This document shows, in pieces, positions 27,798 through 36,004 of a stretch of 61,008 nt of DNA (its first letter is position 1; every line of letters begins with the position of its first letter). Made by a program: the position numbers and the translations under genes. This DNA comes from Pseudomonadota bacterium (GTDB lineage: Bacteria; Bdellovibrionota_G; JALEGL01; DATDPG01): positions 1-61,008 of the forward strand of contig JAZDDX010000005.1 of NCBI GenBank assembly GCA_043809315.1, written 5' to 3'. The notes under the pieces are model-generated. The model worked only from the letters and a program-made list of their open reading frames with translations. It did no database searches and was not told the origin of the DNA.

Positions 27798-29098
27798 GGT
27801 CCAAGCTTAAAATAGCCCGGACGTTTCTGGCGTCTCTGGCGGCCTTGGGGTTGTCCTCGGCCTTCGCCCAGAGCGGAACCACCCGCGAGTACAGCACCGC
27901 CTACGTCCAAGGCCCGCTCGGTCCGGTCGCCAAGATCGTCACCACGATCACGAGGGCAACGACCTGCGTCCAGGTCACCTGCCCCCCCGCACCCAAGACC
28001 GCCGCTCTTCAAACAAAAGCCGCCACCGTCCCCGGGGGCACTTGCCAGAGTTGTTCCACGAGTACAACGACCGACACCAAGAAGTTCTGGCTCCACACCG
28101 ACCATCAGGGCTCGGTCCATGTCGAGAGCAACAACGTCGGAGTCGAGGCGGCCCGGTTCACGTACAAGCCGTACGGGGATCACCTCGGAACCAACAGTTC
28201 TCTTCCGGGGCCTGAATCGCTCGGCTACACCGGCCAGCGTCAGGATTCTTCGACCGGACTCCTCTATCTTCACGCGAGGTATTACGATCCCGTTCTCGGC
28301 CGATTCATTTCCCCCGATCCGATCGTTCCGGGGAATCTCACCGTTCACCTGAACCGCTACGCATACGCCGACAACGATCCAATCAACAAGACGGATGTCA
28401 ACGGGATGCAGGCGGGAGGTGGAACGGCTGGCCCAATTCCCTTCATTCAGTGGGACAAACCAGCAGTTCGAAATATTCAACTTGGAATGGCGGCACTATT
28501 GTTTGGCGCAATGGGCGCGGCGGTTGCTCCCGAACTTCTTGGGCTTGCCCTCACGCATCCGGCGACAACGACGACGGTTGTGACGACAATTGCGGAAACG
28601 GTTGGGGCGGCGGTGACAGGATCGGATGCCCCGTCGGTGCTTCCGCAGGGAAAAGGCGCCGTTCAAATGGCAAAGGCGATGGGGATCGGTGGGGCGGTGG
28701 AAGCTGAAGCAAAAACGGTGGAAAAAATTGCGGCCAGGTCATTTGCGGAAATCCGAAAGGTCGAGGGGGCGGTGTGTCGGCATTGCGCGCTCAAGACCAT
28801 GACACGACTGGGAACAGAAGGCATTTTGCCGACCGGTATCGCCGCGGTTTCGTTGGGCACCAAAGAGGGACACATAGTCGTTCATGGGCTCTCGTCAACG
28901 ACCGGCGTTCAGTACATGGTCGACAACGGAAAGGCTTCAATTGTCGAAAGTATCGAAGAGGTGACGAACTACGTCTCGAACCGGGTTCCTATGGCCAATT
29001 TGCGTCAAGAGTTTACGGCGGGCCAACTGTTCAATGATCTTCTTGAGGCCGGAGAAGGAAACACCGTCAAGCAACTTTTCCGAACGAGGGCACCGTAG
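27794..29098 (+). CDS. signal-peptide-bearing Rhs core cassette 1 with papain-fold-like C-terminal cargo
   Basis: ATG overlaps the shell stop (ATGA); MRSKLKIARTFLASLAALGLSSAFA|Q; HTDHQGS, GYTGQRQD, YLHARYYDPVLGRFISPDP, NRYAYADNDPINKTDVNG; cargo CRHCA...GHIVV...MVDN. Confidence 0.9.
   Translation: MRSKLKIARTFLASLAALGLSSAFAQSGTTREYSTAYVQGPLGPVAKIVTTITRATTCVQVTCPPAPKTAALQTKAATVPGGTCQSCSTSTTTDTKKFWLHTDHQGSVHVESNNVGVEAARFTYKPYGDHLGTNSSLPGPESLGYTGQRQDSSTGLLYLHARYYDPVLGRFISPDPIVPGNLTVHLNRYAYADNDPINKTDVNGMQAGGGTAGPIPFIQWDKPAVRNIQLGMAALLFGAMGAAVAPELLGLALTHPATTTTVVTTIAETVGAAVTGSDAPSVLPQGKGAVQMAKAMGIGGAVEAEAKTVEKIAARSFAEIRKVEGAVCRHCALKTMTRLGTEGILPTGIAAVSLGTKEGHIVVHGLSSTTGVQYMVDNGKASIVESIEEVTNYVSNRVPMANLRQEFTAGQLFNDLLEAGEGNTVKQLFRTRAP
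27860..28415 (+). repeat. 556-bp Rhs-core duplication, copy 1
   Basis: Near-identical and colinear with 29218-29773. Confidence 0.92.
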
Positions 29099-29118
29099 AA
29101 TCGGGGGACACAATACGT
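29099..29118. repeat. dispersed REP-like repeat copy between the two Rhs cassettes
   Basis: AATCGGGGGACACAATACGT, identical to 6613-6632. Confidence 0.8.
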
Positions 29119-29124
29119 AATTCG

Positions 29125-30459
29125 ATGACGATGAGACACAAAAGGATAGGGTCCAAGATACTCTCCCTTGCCGTCGCCGGAACGACCGTCGCATTCGCGA
29201 CCCTTGTCCCAATCTCCGCCTTCGCCCAGAGCGGAACCACCCGCGAGTACAGCACCGCCTACATCCAAGGTCCGCTCGGCCCGGTCGCGAAGATCGAAAC
29301 CACCATCACAAGAACCACGACCTGCGTCCAGGTCACCTGCCCCCCCGCACCCAAGACCGCCGCTCTTCAAACAAAAGCCGCCACCGTCCCCGGGGGCACC
29401 TGCCAGAGTTGCTCCACGAACACAACGATCGACACCAAGAAGTTCTGGCTCCACACCGACCATCAGGGCTCGATCCATGTCGAGAGCAATGTTGCCGGAG
29501 CCGAGGCGGCCCGGTTCACGTACAAGCCGTACGGCGACCACCTCGGAACCAACAGTTCTCTTCCGGGGCCCGAATCGCTCGGCTACACCGGTCAACGTCA
29601 GGATTCCTCGACCGGACTCTTCTATCTCCACGCGAGGTATTACGATCCCGTTCTCGGCCGGTTCATCTCCCCCGATCCGATCGTTCCGGGGAATCTCACC
29701 GTTCACCTGAACCGCTACGCATACGCCGACAACAACCCGATCAACAAAACGGATGTGAGCGGGATGCAGGCGGATTCGGATGCGACAAAGGTAAAACTAC
29801 CGGATCTGGTGAAAGGCAGCGGAGCAAATCCATTTATCCTGCCCGAAGTCACGATCACTGCAGACGCTCCCGCAGAAGTCGATCCGGAAGCCCTGGCGCA
29901 TTTTTTCAACAAGCCCGCCCCAAGCGATTTCATGTCCAAGCAAACAGGCCAGGTGAACGACAATTCAGTTGAACTCGCTGCAGCCGCGGCCTACCCCGGT
30001 CCAACCTTGAGGGCCGCTCTCGTGGGAGGGGCGGTCTACGGCGCCACGGGGAACCCCGTGCTGACCATGGCGAGTACGATGCTCGTGGGGGGGCCGAAAA
30101 CGGATTTGCCCGATTTGGGCAAGAGGTTTTCGGACGTGAAGGGCGCATTAAAAACGATGAAGGACGTGGTCAAGAAAACGGAGAGATGGAAAAACGAGAC
30201 GAAGATCCTGCCGATGGTGATGACGCACGACACAGAGTTCTTCGATGCCGTGCTTCGCAAACCGCTCGTTGCGCCCATCATGATGCAGACCTACAAAGGA
30301 AAGCCGGTGTATTCTTCACCGATCAGCGGTCCCACCAGTCTTGAAAACGCCACACGCTCTTTGAACCAATTTCTCGGTGGAAGTGACTACATGTGGATGC
30401 ATACCGGAGAACTCCTTTCGCCTCGGGAGTTCATGATGAAATATTACAAATTCTATTAG
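29125..30459 (+). CDS. signal-peptide-bearing Rhs core cassette 2 with an unrelated C-terminal cargo
   Basis: MTMRHKRIGSKILSLAVAGTTVAFATLVPISAFA|Q (start could be 29131); same Rhs core ending PINKTDVSG; different C-terminus. Confidence 0.9.
   Translation: MTMRHKRIGSKILSLAVAGTTVAFATLVPISAFAQSGTTREYSTAYIQGPLGPVAKIETTITRTTTCVQVTCPPAPKTAALQTKAATVPGGTCQSCSTNTTIDTKKFWLHTDHQGSIHVESNVAGAEAARFTYKPYGDHLGTNSSLPGPESLGYTGQRQDSSTGLFYLHARYYDPVLGRFISPDPIVPGNLTVHLNRYAYADNNPINKTDVSGMQADSDATKVKLPDLVKGSGANPFILPEVTITADAPAEVDPEALAHFFNKPAPSDFMSKQTGQVNDNSVELAAAAAYPGPTLRAALVGGAVYGATGNPVLTMASTMLVGGPKTDLPDLGKRFSDVKGALKTMKDVVKKTERWKNETKILPMVMTHDTEFFDAVLRKPLVAPIMMQTYKGKPVYSSPISGPTSLENATRSLNQFLGGSDYMWMHTGELLSPREFMMKYYKFY
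29218..29773 (+). repeat. 556-bp Rhs-core duplication, copy 2
   Basis: Near-identical to 27860-28415. Confidence 0.92.
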
Positions 30460-30490
30460 GCCGTCCTCCTCCCAGGAAGATCGAGACACA

Positions 30491-30536
30491 GACAAATTGA
30501 CAATCCCTCCGCGGTCCGGCCGGACAATTTGTCAAT
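30491..30536 (+). promoter_or_regulatory. candidate enhancer (UAS) for the gsp sigma54 promoter
   Basis: GACAAATTGACAAT (30491-30504) and GACAATTTGTCAAT (30523-30536), 32 bp apart, 100-145 bp upstream of the -24 element. Confidence 0.5.
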
Positions 30537-30636
30537 TGCGAGATCGTGGGGTTATCCACAACGTTCATTCTCGGAGATTTTTGCAGTAGTTTCAGTCAGT
30601 TCAGAGCCCCTCCCTCCCGGTTTCCCTTCATTATAT

Positions 30637-30651
30637 TGGCACGGCGATTGC
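30637..30651 (+). promoter_or_regulatory. sigma54 -24/-12 promoter of the gsp operon
   Basis: TGGCACGGCGATTGC, consensus match. Confidence 0.85.
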
Positions 30652-30665
30652 CTCTGTCGGAGTCG

Positions 30666-31583
30666 ATGCGGTGGACCTATCTCATCATCGACCGGTATCG
30701 GACCATCACCAACATTGCCGGAACGGTGTTGTTCGCCTGGCTTCTCTCCGCGATCGTCGGGCAGGTGATCGGCATGGTTCTTTCGAAAAAAGCGCCGACC
30801 CAGATCACGATCCCCAATTCCTCCTCCGAAGACCGCTCGCTCTTCGCAATGCAGGCGGAGGACGTGAAGTCGTACATCCCGATCTGTGAACGGAACATTT
30901 TCGACTCCCAGCGCCGGACCCCCTGCGGGCTCCCCGAACTCGAACCGGAAGACGAACAGGATCTCGACGCGTCGCCGGTCAAGAGCGACATCGCCGCCAC
31001 GCTGATCGGCACGATCGTCTGGAGCGATCCGAACCGCTCGTACGCGACGATCGCCCCCCGTAGCGGTGAAGCGTCGAACTACCACATCGGCGACTCGATC
31101 CTAAACGAGGCGAAGATTTACGACGTCCAGCGGAACCGAGTTTTCTTCATTCGGAACGGTCATCGGGAGTATATCGAAGTGGAGCGTCTCGCCTCGATCT
31201 ACGGCGATTCCGGCGGATCGCAGTCGGGCCCACCTCCCTCCGGTGGCGGAATCCGTCGCGTCGGCGACAAGACGATCGTCAACCGCTCCAAAGTCGACCA
31301 AGTCCTCGGGAACTTGAATCAGATCGTCCAGGAGTCCCGAATGGTCCCGAACCTCGACAACGGCGTCGTCAACGGCTTCAAGATCTTCGCCATCAAGCCG
31401 GGAAGCATCTTCCAGGATCTCGGGATTCAAAACGGCGATGTCATTCAGCGGATCAACGGCACCGAGATCGACAGCGTCGAGAAAGCGGTCCCGATGCTGC
31501 AGGTCCTCCGGGATCAGTCGGCGATCTCGATCGACCTCCTGCGCGGCGGGACGAAGAAAACCCTTTCGATTGACATCCGATAA
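30666..31583 (+). CDS. gspC: T2SS protein GspC (TM, HR, PDZ)
   Basis: N-terminal TM, RNIFDS, LIGTIV, PDZ (IKPGSIFQDLGIQNGDVIQRING); ATG at 30666. Confidence 0.92.
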   Translation: MRWTYLIIDRYRTITNIAGTVLFAWLLSAIVGQVIGMVLSKKAPTQITIPNSSSEDRSLFAMQAEDVKSYIPICERNIFDSQRRTPCGLPELEPEDEQDLDASPVKSDIAATLIGTIVWSDPNRSYATIAPRSGEASNYHIGDSILNEAKIYDVQRNRVFFIRNGHREYIEVERLASIYGDSGGSQSGPPPSGGGIRRVGDKTIVNRSKVDQVLGNLNQIVQESRMVPNLDNGVVNGFKIFAIKPGSIFQDLGIQNGDVIQRINGTEIDSVEKAVPMLQVLRDQSAISIDLLRGGTKKTLSIDIR

Positions 31584-34067
31584 ATGGAGAACTTCATGAA
31601 GAAAACGCGGAAGAGTATCCTCTGGCTGACGGCGCTGGCGTCGCTTGCATACATCGGTGCGGCGGGCGCACAGGAGAACCCTCCCCCGCCTCTTCCTCCC
31701 GACGCCGTTTCCGCTCCTCCCACGCGCCCTTCCCAGCCCTCGACTCCACCCATCTCGTCTCCCGTGGCGGCTCCGGTGACGTCTCCGGTGACGTCTCCTG
31801 CGGCGCCGGCTGCCGGGACCGGTCCGGGCGCAAAGGTGAACCCTCGCGACCATCTCGCTCCACGTACGGCCCCACCGGCGGCACCTTCCCCGGCACAGGG
31901 AATCGTCACCACGGACGTCCCGCCCCCGGCACCCCCTCCCCCGCACAATCCTTTTTCCTCCGGAGGGAAGAAAGAGGGGAAATCGGATCAGAGTCTTTTG
32001 AAACAGAACGACCAGGGGCTGGTGAACCTCGACTTCGTCGACGTCGAGATCGGTGACATCGCGAAATCGATCAGCGAGCTCACGAAGCGGAATTTCCTCA
32101 TGGATGACAAGATCAAAGGGAAGATCACGATCATCTCCCCGAAGCCGGTCACGGTGGAAGAGGCGTACCGCGCGTTCATCTCGGCTCTCGAGGTCAAGGG
32201 GTTCACGATCATCCCGATGGGGAAAATCTTAAAGATCGTCCAGATCCAGAACATGAAGGGGCTTCCGATCGCGACCGACGAGGAAAAACCGTCCGGGGGG
32301 GAGGACATCTTCGTCACGCGCCTGGTTCCCATCCGCTACACGAATGCCGGGGAGGTGGTCAAAGCCCTGCGCGCCCTGATCTCCCGGAACGGCGACGTCA
32401 TGTCGTACGACCCGACGAACACCCTGATCCTGACCGACAACGTCGGAAACATCCGCCGGCTCCTCAAGATCGTGGAGCGGCTCGACCAGCCCGGCTTCCA
32501 GGAGGCGGTCGTGATGATCAAACTCAAGTACGCCCCCGCCGTCGACACGGCGGACAAGGTGATGAAGATCTTCAGCCTGCAGTCGTCCGGCGGACCGGCG
32601 ATCCCTCCTCCGGGGGCCGGGATGGCGGGTCAGAGCAATCAGCTGATCTCCAAAGTTATCCCCGACGACCGGACCAATTCCCTGATCGTGGTCGGGAACA
32701 AGGAGGGGGCGAACCGCGTCCGGGAAGTCGTCCAACAGATCGACCAGGCGGTCGGCGACCAGATGAGCAAAGGGAAAATCCACGTCCTCTATCTCCAGTA
32801 CGCCGAGGCTTCCGAGTTGGCGGGGACATTGACCGGCGTCTCGAGCGGGATGCGTTCTTCGCGCGGAGGCTCCTCGCCGTCCCGTGGCGGCACGATGTTC
32901 CCCACGACCAACCCGTCGTACACCCCTCCGGTCTCCTCCGGCCCTGGGGGCGGTGGGGGAATGAACGTCCTCGGTGAGAACATGAAGATCACGGCCGACG
33001 CCGCGACCAACGCCCTCATCATCACGGCCTCCCCGAACGACTTCGAGACGATCCTTCCTGTGATTCGCGCCCTGGACGTCCGGCGCCCGCAGGCGTTCGT
33101 CGAGGCGATGATCCTCGAGGTCGATGTCGCCAAGGCGAGCTCGCTCGGCGTGGCGGGAAATCTCGCCACCCAGATGGGAAAATCGGACACGACCTCGCTC
33201 TTCGGCGCGACGACGTTCGGAAGCACCAGCTCCGTTTTCCTTCCCAGCACCGGCTCGGCCCTTCAGGGGCTCACGGTCGGCATGCAGGGAAAAACCCTCG
33301 AGGTGCCGCTGGCAGGGGGGACCAACCTCACGATCCCGGTGTTCGGCGGGCTGTTCCAGGCGTTGCAGACAAACGGAACGATCAACGTCCTTTCGACGCC
33401 GAACATTTTGACCCGTGACAACATGGAGGCCGAAATCGTGGTCGGCTCCGTCGTTCCGTTCATCACGGCACAGGGGCGGGACATCAACAATCAGCCGATC
33501 AACCAGATCCAGCGCGAGAACGTCGCGATCACGCTTAGGGTCACGCCCCAGATCAACGCCTCCGACGAGCTGACGCTCGACATCTATCAGGAGAACCAGG
33601 ACATCGTCCCGGGAACCGATGCATCCACGCTCGGCCCCTCCACCTCCAAACGGTCGGCGAAAACGACGGTGCTGGTCAAAGACGGTCAGACGATCACGAT
33701 CGGCGGCCTGATCAACGACTCCGTTTCGACCTCGGTTTCCAAAGTGCCGGTTCTCGGGGACATCCCGCTCATCGGCTGGCTCTTCAAGAGCAAGAGCACG
33801 ACGAAGAAAAAGACGAGCCTCGTGATTTTCATCACTCCGTACATCATCCGCCTCCCGGAGGACTTGCAGGACATCTCGATCCGGAAGAGCAACGAGCGGC
33901 AGCGGTTCCTCGAACAGAACGCGATTCCCGAAAATCCCGCGATCGAAAGATACAAGCTGGACCGGTCCCTGGAAGTGATCCCTGCGAGAGCGAAGGAGAC
34001 GCCGGCCTTCGAACCGGAGGAGATCCCGCAGGAGAAGGAGCCTGAGAAAGAGACGGTGAAGCCGTGA
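31584..34067 (+). CDS. gspD: T2SS secretin GspD with Pro-rich N-terminal extension
   Basis: Signal peptide, VNLDFVDVEI, LDVRRPQAFVEAMILEV, KVPVLGDIPLIGWLFK; start may be 31596. Confidence 0.95.
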   Translation: MENFMKKTRKSILWLTALASLAYIGAAGAQENPPPPLPPDAVSAPPTRPSQPSTPPISSPVAAPVTSPVTSPAAPAAGTGPGAKVNPRDHLAPRTAPPAAPSPAQGIVTTDVPPPAPPPPHNPFSSGGKKEGKSDQSLLKQNDQGLVNLDFVDVEIGDIAKSISELTKRNFLMDDKIKGKITIISPKPVTVEEAYRAFISALEVKGFTIIPMGKILKIVQIQNMKGLPIATDEEKPSGGEDIFVTRLVPIRYTNAGEVVKALRALISRNGDVMSYDPTNTLILTDNVGNIRRLLKIVERLDQPGFQEAVVMIKLKYAPAVDTADKVMKIFSLQSSGGPAIPPPGAGMAGQSNQLISKVIPDDRTNSLIVVGNKEGANRVREVVQQIDQAVGDQMSKGKIHVLYLQYAEASELAGTLTGVSSGMRSSRGGSSPSRGGTMFPTTNPSYTPPVSSGPGGGGGMNVLGENMKITADAATNALIITASPNDFETILPVIRALDVRRPQAFVEAMILEVDVAKASSLGVAGNLATQMGKSDTTSLFGATTFGSTSSVFLPSTGSALQGLTVGMQGKTLEVPLAGGTNLTIPVFGGLFQALQTNGTINVLSTPNILTRDNMEAEIVVGSVVPFITAQGRDINNQPINQIQRENVAITLRVTPQINASDELTLDIYQENQDIVPGTDASTLGPSTSKRSAKTTVLVKDGQTITIGGLINDSVSTSVSKVPVLGDIPLIGWLFKSKSTTKKKTSLVIFITPYIIRLPEDLQDISIRKSNERQRFLEQNAIPENPAIERYKLDRSLEVIPARAKETPAFEPEEIPQEKEPEKETVKP

Positions 34068-36001
34068 AGACCCCCTGGGACCGGGACTCGAAGACCGTCC
34101 CGATCAAAATCGGGGAAGCGACGGAAGTGTCCGACCCGGATACCGGGCCGGCGATCCCGAAGGGACCCCACGCCAAGAAACCGCTCACCGAGGAGCAGCA
34201 CAAGGTGGCGCAGGATCGAACCGTCCGGATGGACGCCCCCTCTTCTTTCGCCATGGAACAGTCCGGGACGTTCAAGACGCTCTACGGAATCGATCTCGGG
34301 CAGATTCTCCTCAAAACCAGCCGACTCAAACCGGAGCAGCTCGAGGAGGCGCTGGTGATCAAGCGGGAACAGGGTGCCCAGGAGATGTTGGGGGAGATCC
34401 TCCTCCGGAAGAAGTTCATCACGGAGGGGGAACTCCTCCTCGCCCTTTCGGCGCAGCTCGGGATCCCGATCGCGGCGAACCTCGGCAAGGAGGAGATCGA
34501 CGTCAATCTCGCTACCAAGGTCCCGATCAACTTCGCGAAGAAATTCAGCGTGGTCCCGATCCGGATGGAGGGGGGATTCGCGATCGTCGCGATCGCGAAC
34601 GGGAACGATCTCTCCCCTCTCGACGACCTGCGGATTCTGCTTCAGAGCGATGTGAAGCCGGCGTTGGCACGAAAATCAGAGATCCTGGACGCCATCAACC
34701 GTGTCTACGACCGGGCGACGAAGGCGTCGGAGGGGTTGCACGAAGACCTGATGGAGGACCTCGAGGCGCAGGGGCTCGACAACGTCAACTTCCAGGAGAC
34801 CCAAGACCTGCTCGACAGCGAAGACGAGGCGCCGATCATCCGCCTGGTCAACTCCCTCCTCTTCCAGGCCGTGAAAGAGAGAGCCAGCGACATCCACATC
34901 GAACCGTTCGAGAAGGAGATCTCGGTCCGGTTCCGGATCGACGGCGTTCTGTACGACATCATGAGACCGCCGAAAAAAGCGCAGGCCTCGATCAGCTCCC
35001 GCGTCAAGATCATGGCGCAGCTCGACATCGCCGAGAAACGGATTCCGCAGGACGGCAGGATCCGGATCAAGATCGGCGGCCGCGACGTCGACATCCGGGT
35101 CTCGACGCTCCCCACCTCCCACGGCGAGCGGATCGTCATGCGTCTCCTCGACACCTCCAAAGTGCTCCTGAACCTGACTGACATCGGGTTCAGCACGAGG
35201 CAGCTCGGCACGATCGAGAAGGTCCTGGCCCTGAGCCACGGGATCTTCCTCGTGACCGGTCCGACCGGATCCGGAAAGACGACGACGCTGTACGCCTGTC
35301 TCTCCAAGATCAACTCGAAGGAACTCAACATCATCACGGTCGAGGACCCGGTCGAAATCCAGCTCCAGGGGATCGGACAGATCCAGGTGAACCCGAAGGT
35401 CGATCTGACGTTCGCGAACGGTTTGCGTTCGATTTTGCGGCAGGACCCGGACGTGATCATGGTCGGAGAAATCCGCGACCTCGAAACGGCGGAGATCGCG
35501 ATCCAGGCCTCTCTGACCGGTCACTTGGTCTTCTCGACCCTTCACACCAACGACGCCGTCAGCGCCGTCACCCGTCTGGTCGACATGGGGGTGGAGCCGT
35601 TCCTGGTCTCCTCCTCGCTCGTCGCCGTCATGGCGCAGCGCCTGATCCGCGTCGTCTGCAAGGAGTGCCGCGAGCCGCACAAGCCGACCGAGACGGAGCT
35701 CAAGGAACTCGCGATCGACCCCGTGGCGGCCGCCAAGGGGAAGATCTTCCGCGCGAAGGGGTGTGGCAAATGTTCGAACACCGGGTACCTCGGGCGATCC
35801 GGGATCTACGAGATGCTCCCGATCGACGAGGTGGTTCGCTCCCTGATTCTCAAAGCCTCCGACGCCTCGACGCTGAAAAAAGTCGCCGTCTCGCGCGGGA
35901 TGAAAACGCTCCGCGAGGACGGCGCCTACAAGGTCCTCCAGGGGGTCACGACGATCGAGGAAGTCCTGCGCGTGACCCAGGAAGAAATGGTGATCGAGTA
36001 A
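34064..36001 (+). CDS. gspE: T2SS ATPase GspE
   Basis: MshEN-like LGQILLK/LGEILL, ASDIHIEP, GPTGSGKTTTLY, LRQDPDVIMVGEIRD, CxxC...CxxC. Confidence 0.96.
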   Translation: MKTPWDRDSKTVPIKIGEATEVSDPDTGPAIPKGPHAKKPLTEEQHKVAQDRTVRMDAPSSFAMEQSGTFKTLYGIDLGQILLKTSRLKPEQLEEALVIKREQGAQEMLGEILLRKKFITEGELLLALSAQLGIPIAANLGKEEIDVNLATKVPINFAKKFSVVPIRMEGGFAIVAIANGNDLSPLDDLRILLQSDVKPALARKSEILDAINRVYDRATKASEGLHEDLMEDLEAQGLDNVNFQETQDLLDSEDEAPIIRLVNSLLFQAVKERASDIHIEPFEKEISVRFRIDGVLYDIMRPPKKAQASISSRVKIMAQLDIAEKRIPQDGRIRIKIGGRDVDIRVSTLPTSHGERIVMRLLDTSKVLLNLTDIGFSTRQLGTIEKVLALSHGIFLVTGPTGSGKTTTLYACLSKINSKELNIITVEDPVEIQLQGIGQIQVNPKVDLTFANGLRSILRQDPDVIMVGEIRDLETAEIAIQASLTGHLVFSTLHTNDAVSAVTRLVDMGVEPFLVSSSLVAVMAQRLIRVVCKECREPHKPTETELKELAIDPVAAAKGKIFRAKGCGKCSNTGYLGRSGIYEMLPIDEVVRSLILKASDASTLKKVAVSRGMKTLREDGAYKVLQGVTTIEEVLRVTQEEMVIE

Positions 36002-36004
36002 GCC

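Noticed and set aside
29005-29706. Antisense ORFs over the Rhs cassettes as hidden immunity genes
   Set aside because: They mirror the duplicated core on the opposite strand and have no independent coding signal
30552-30560. Perfect DnaA box TTATCCACA
   Set aside because: Single copy with no box cluster, AT-rich unwinding element or dnaA/gidA context; not evidence for oriC
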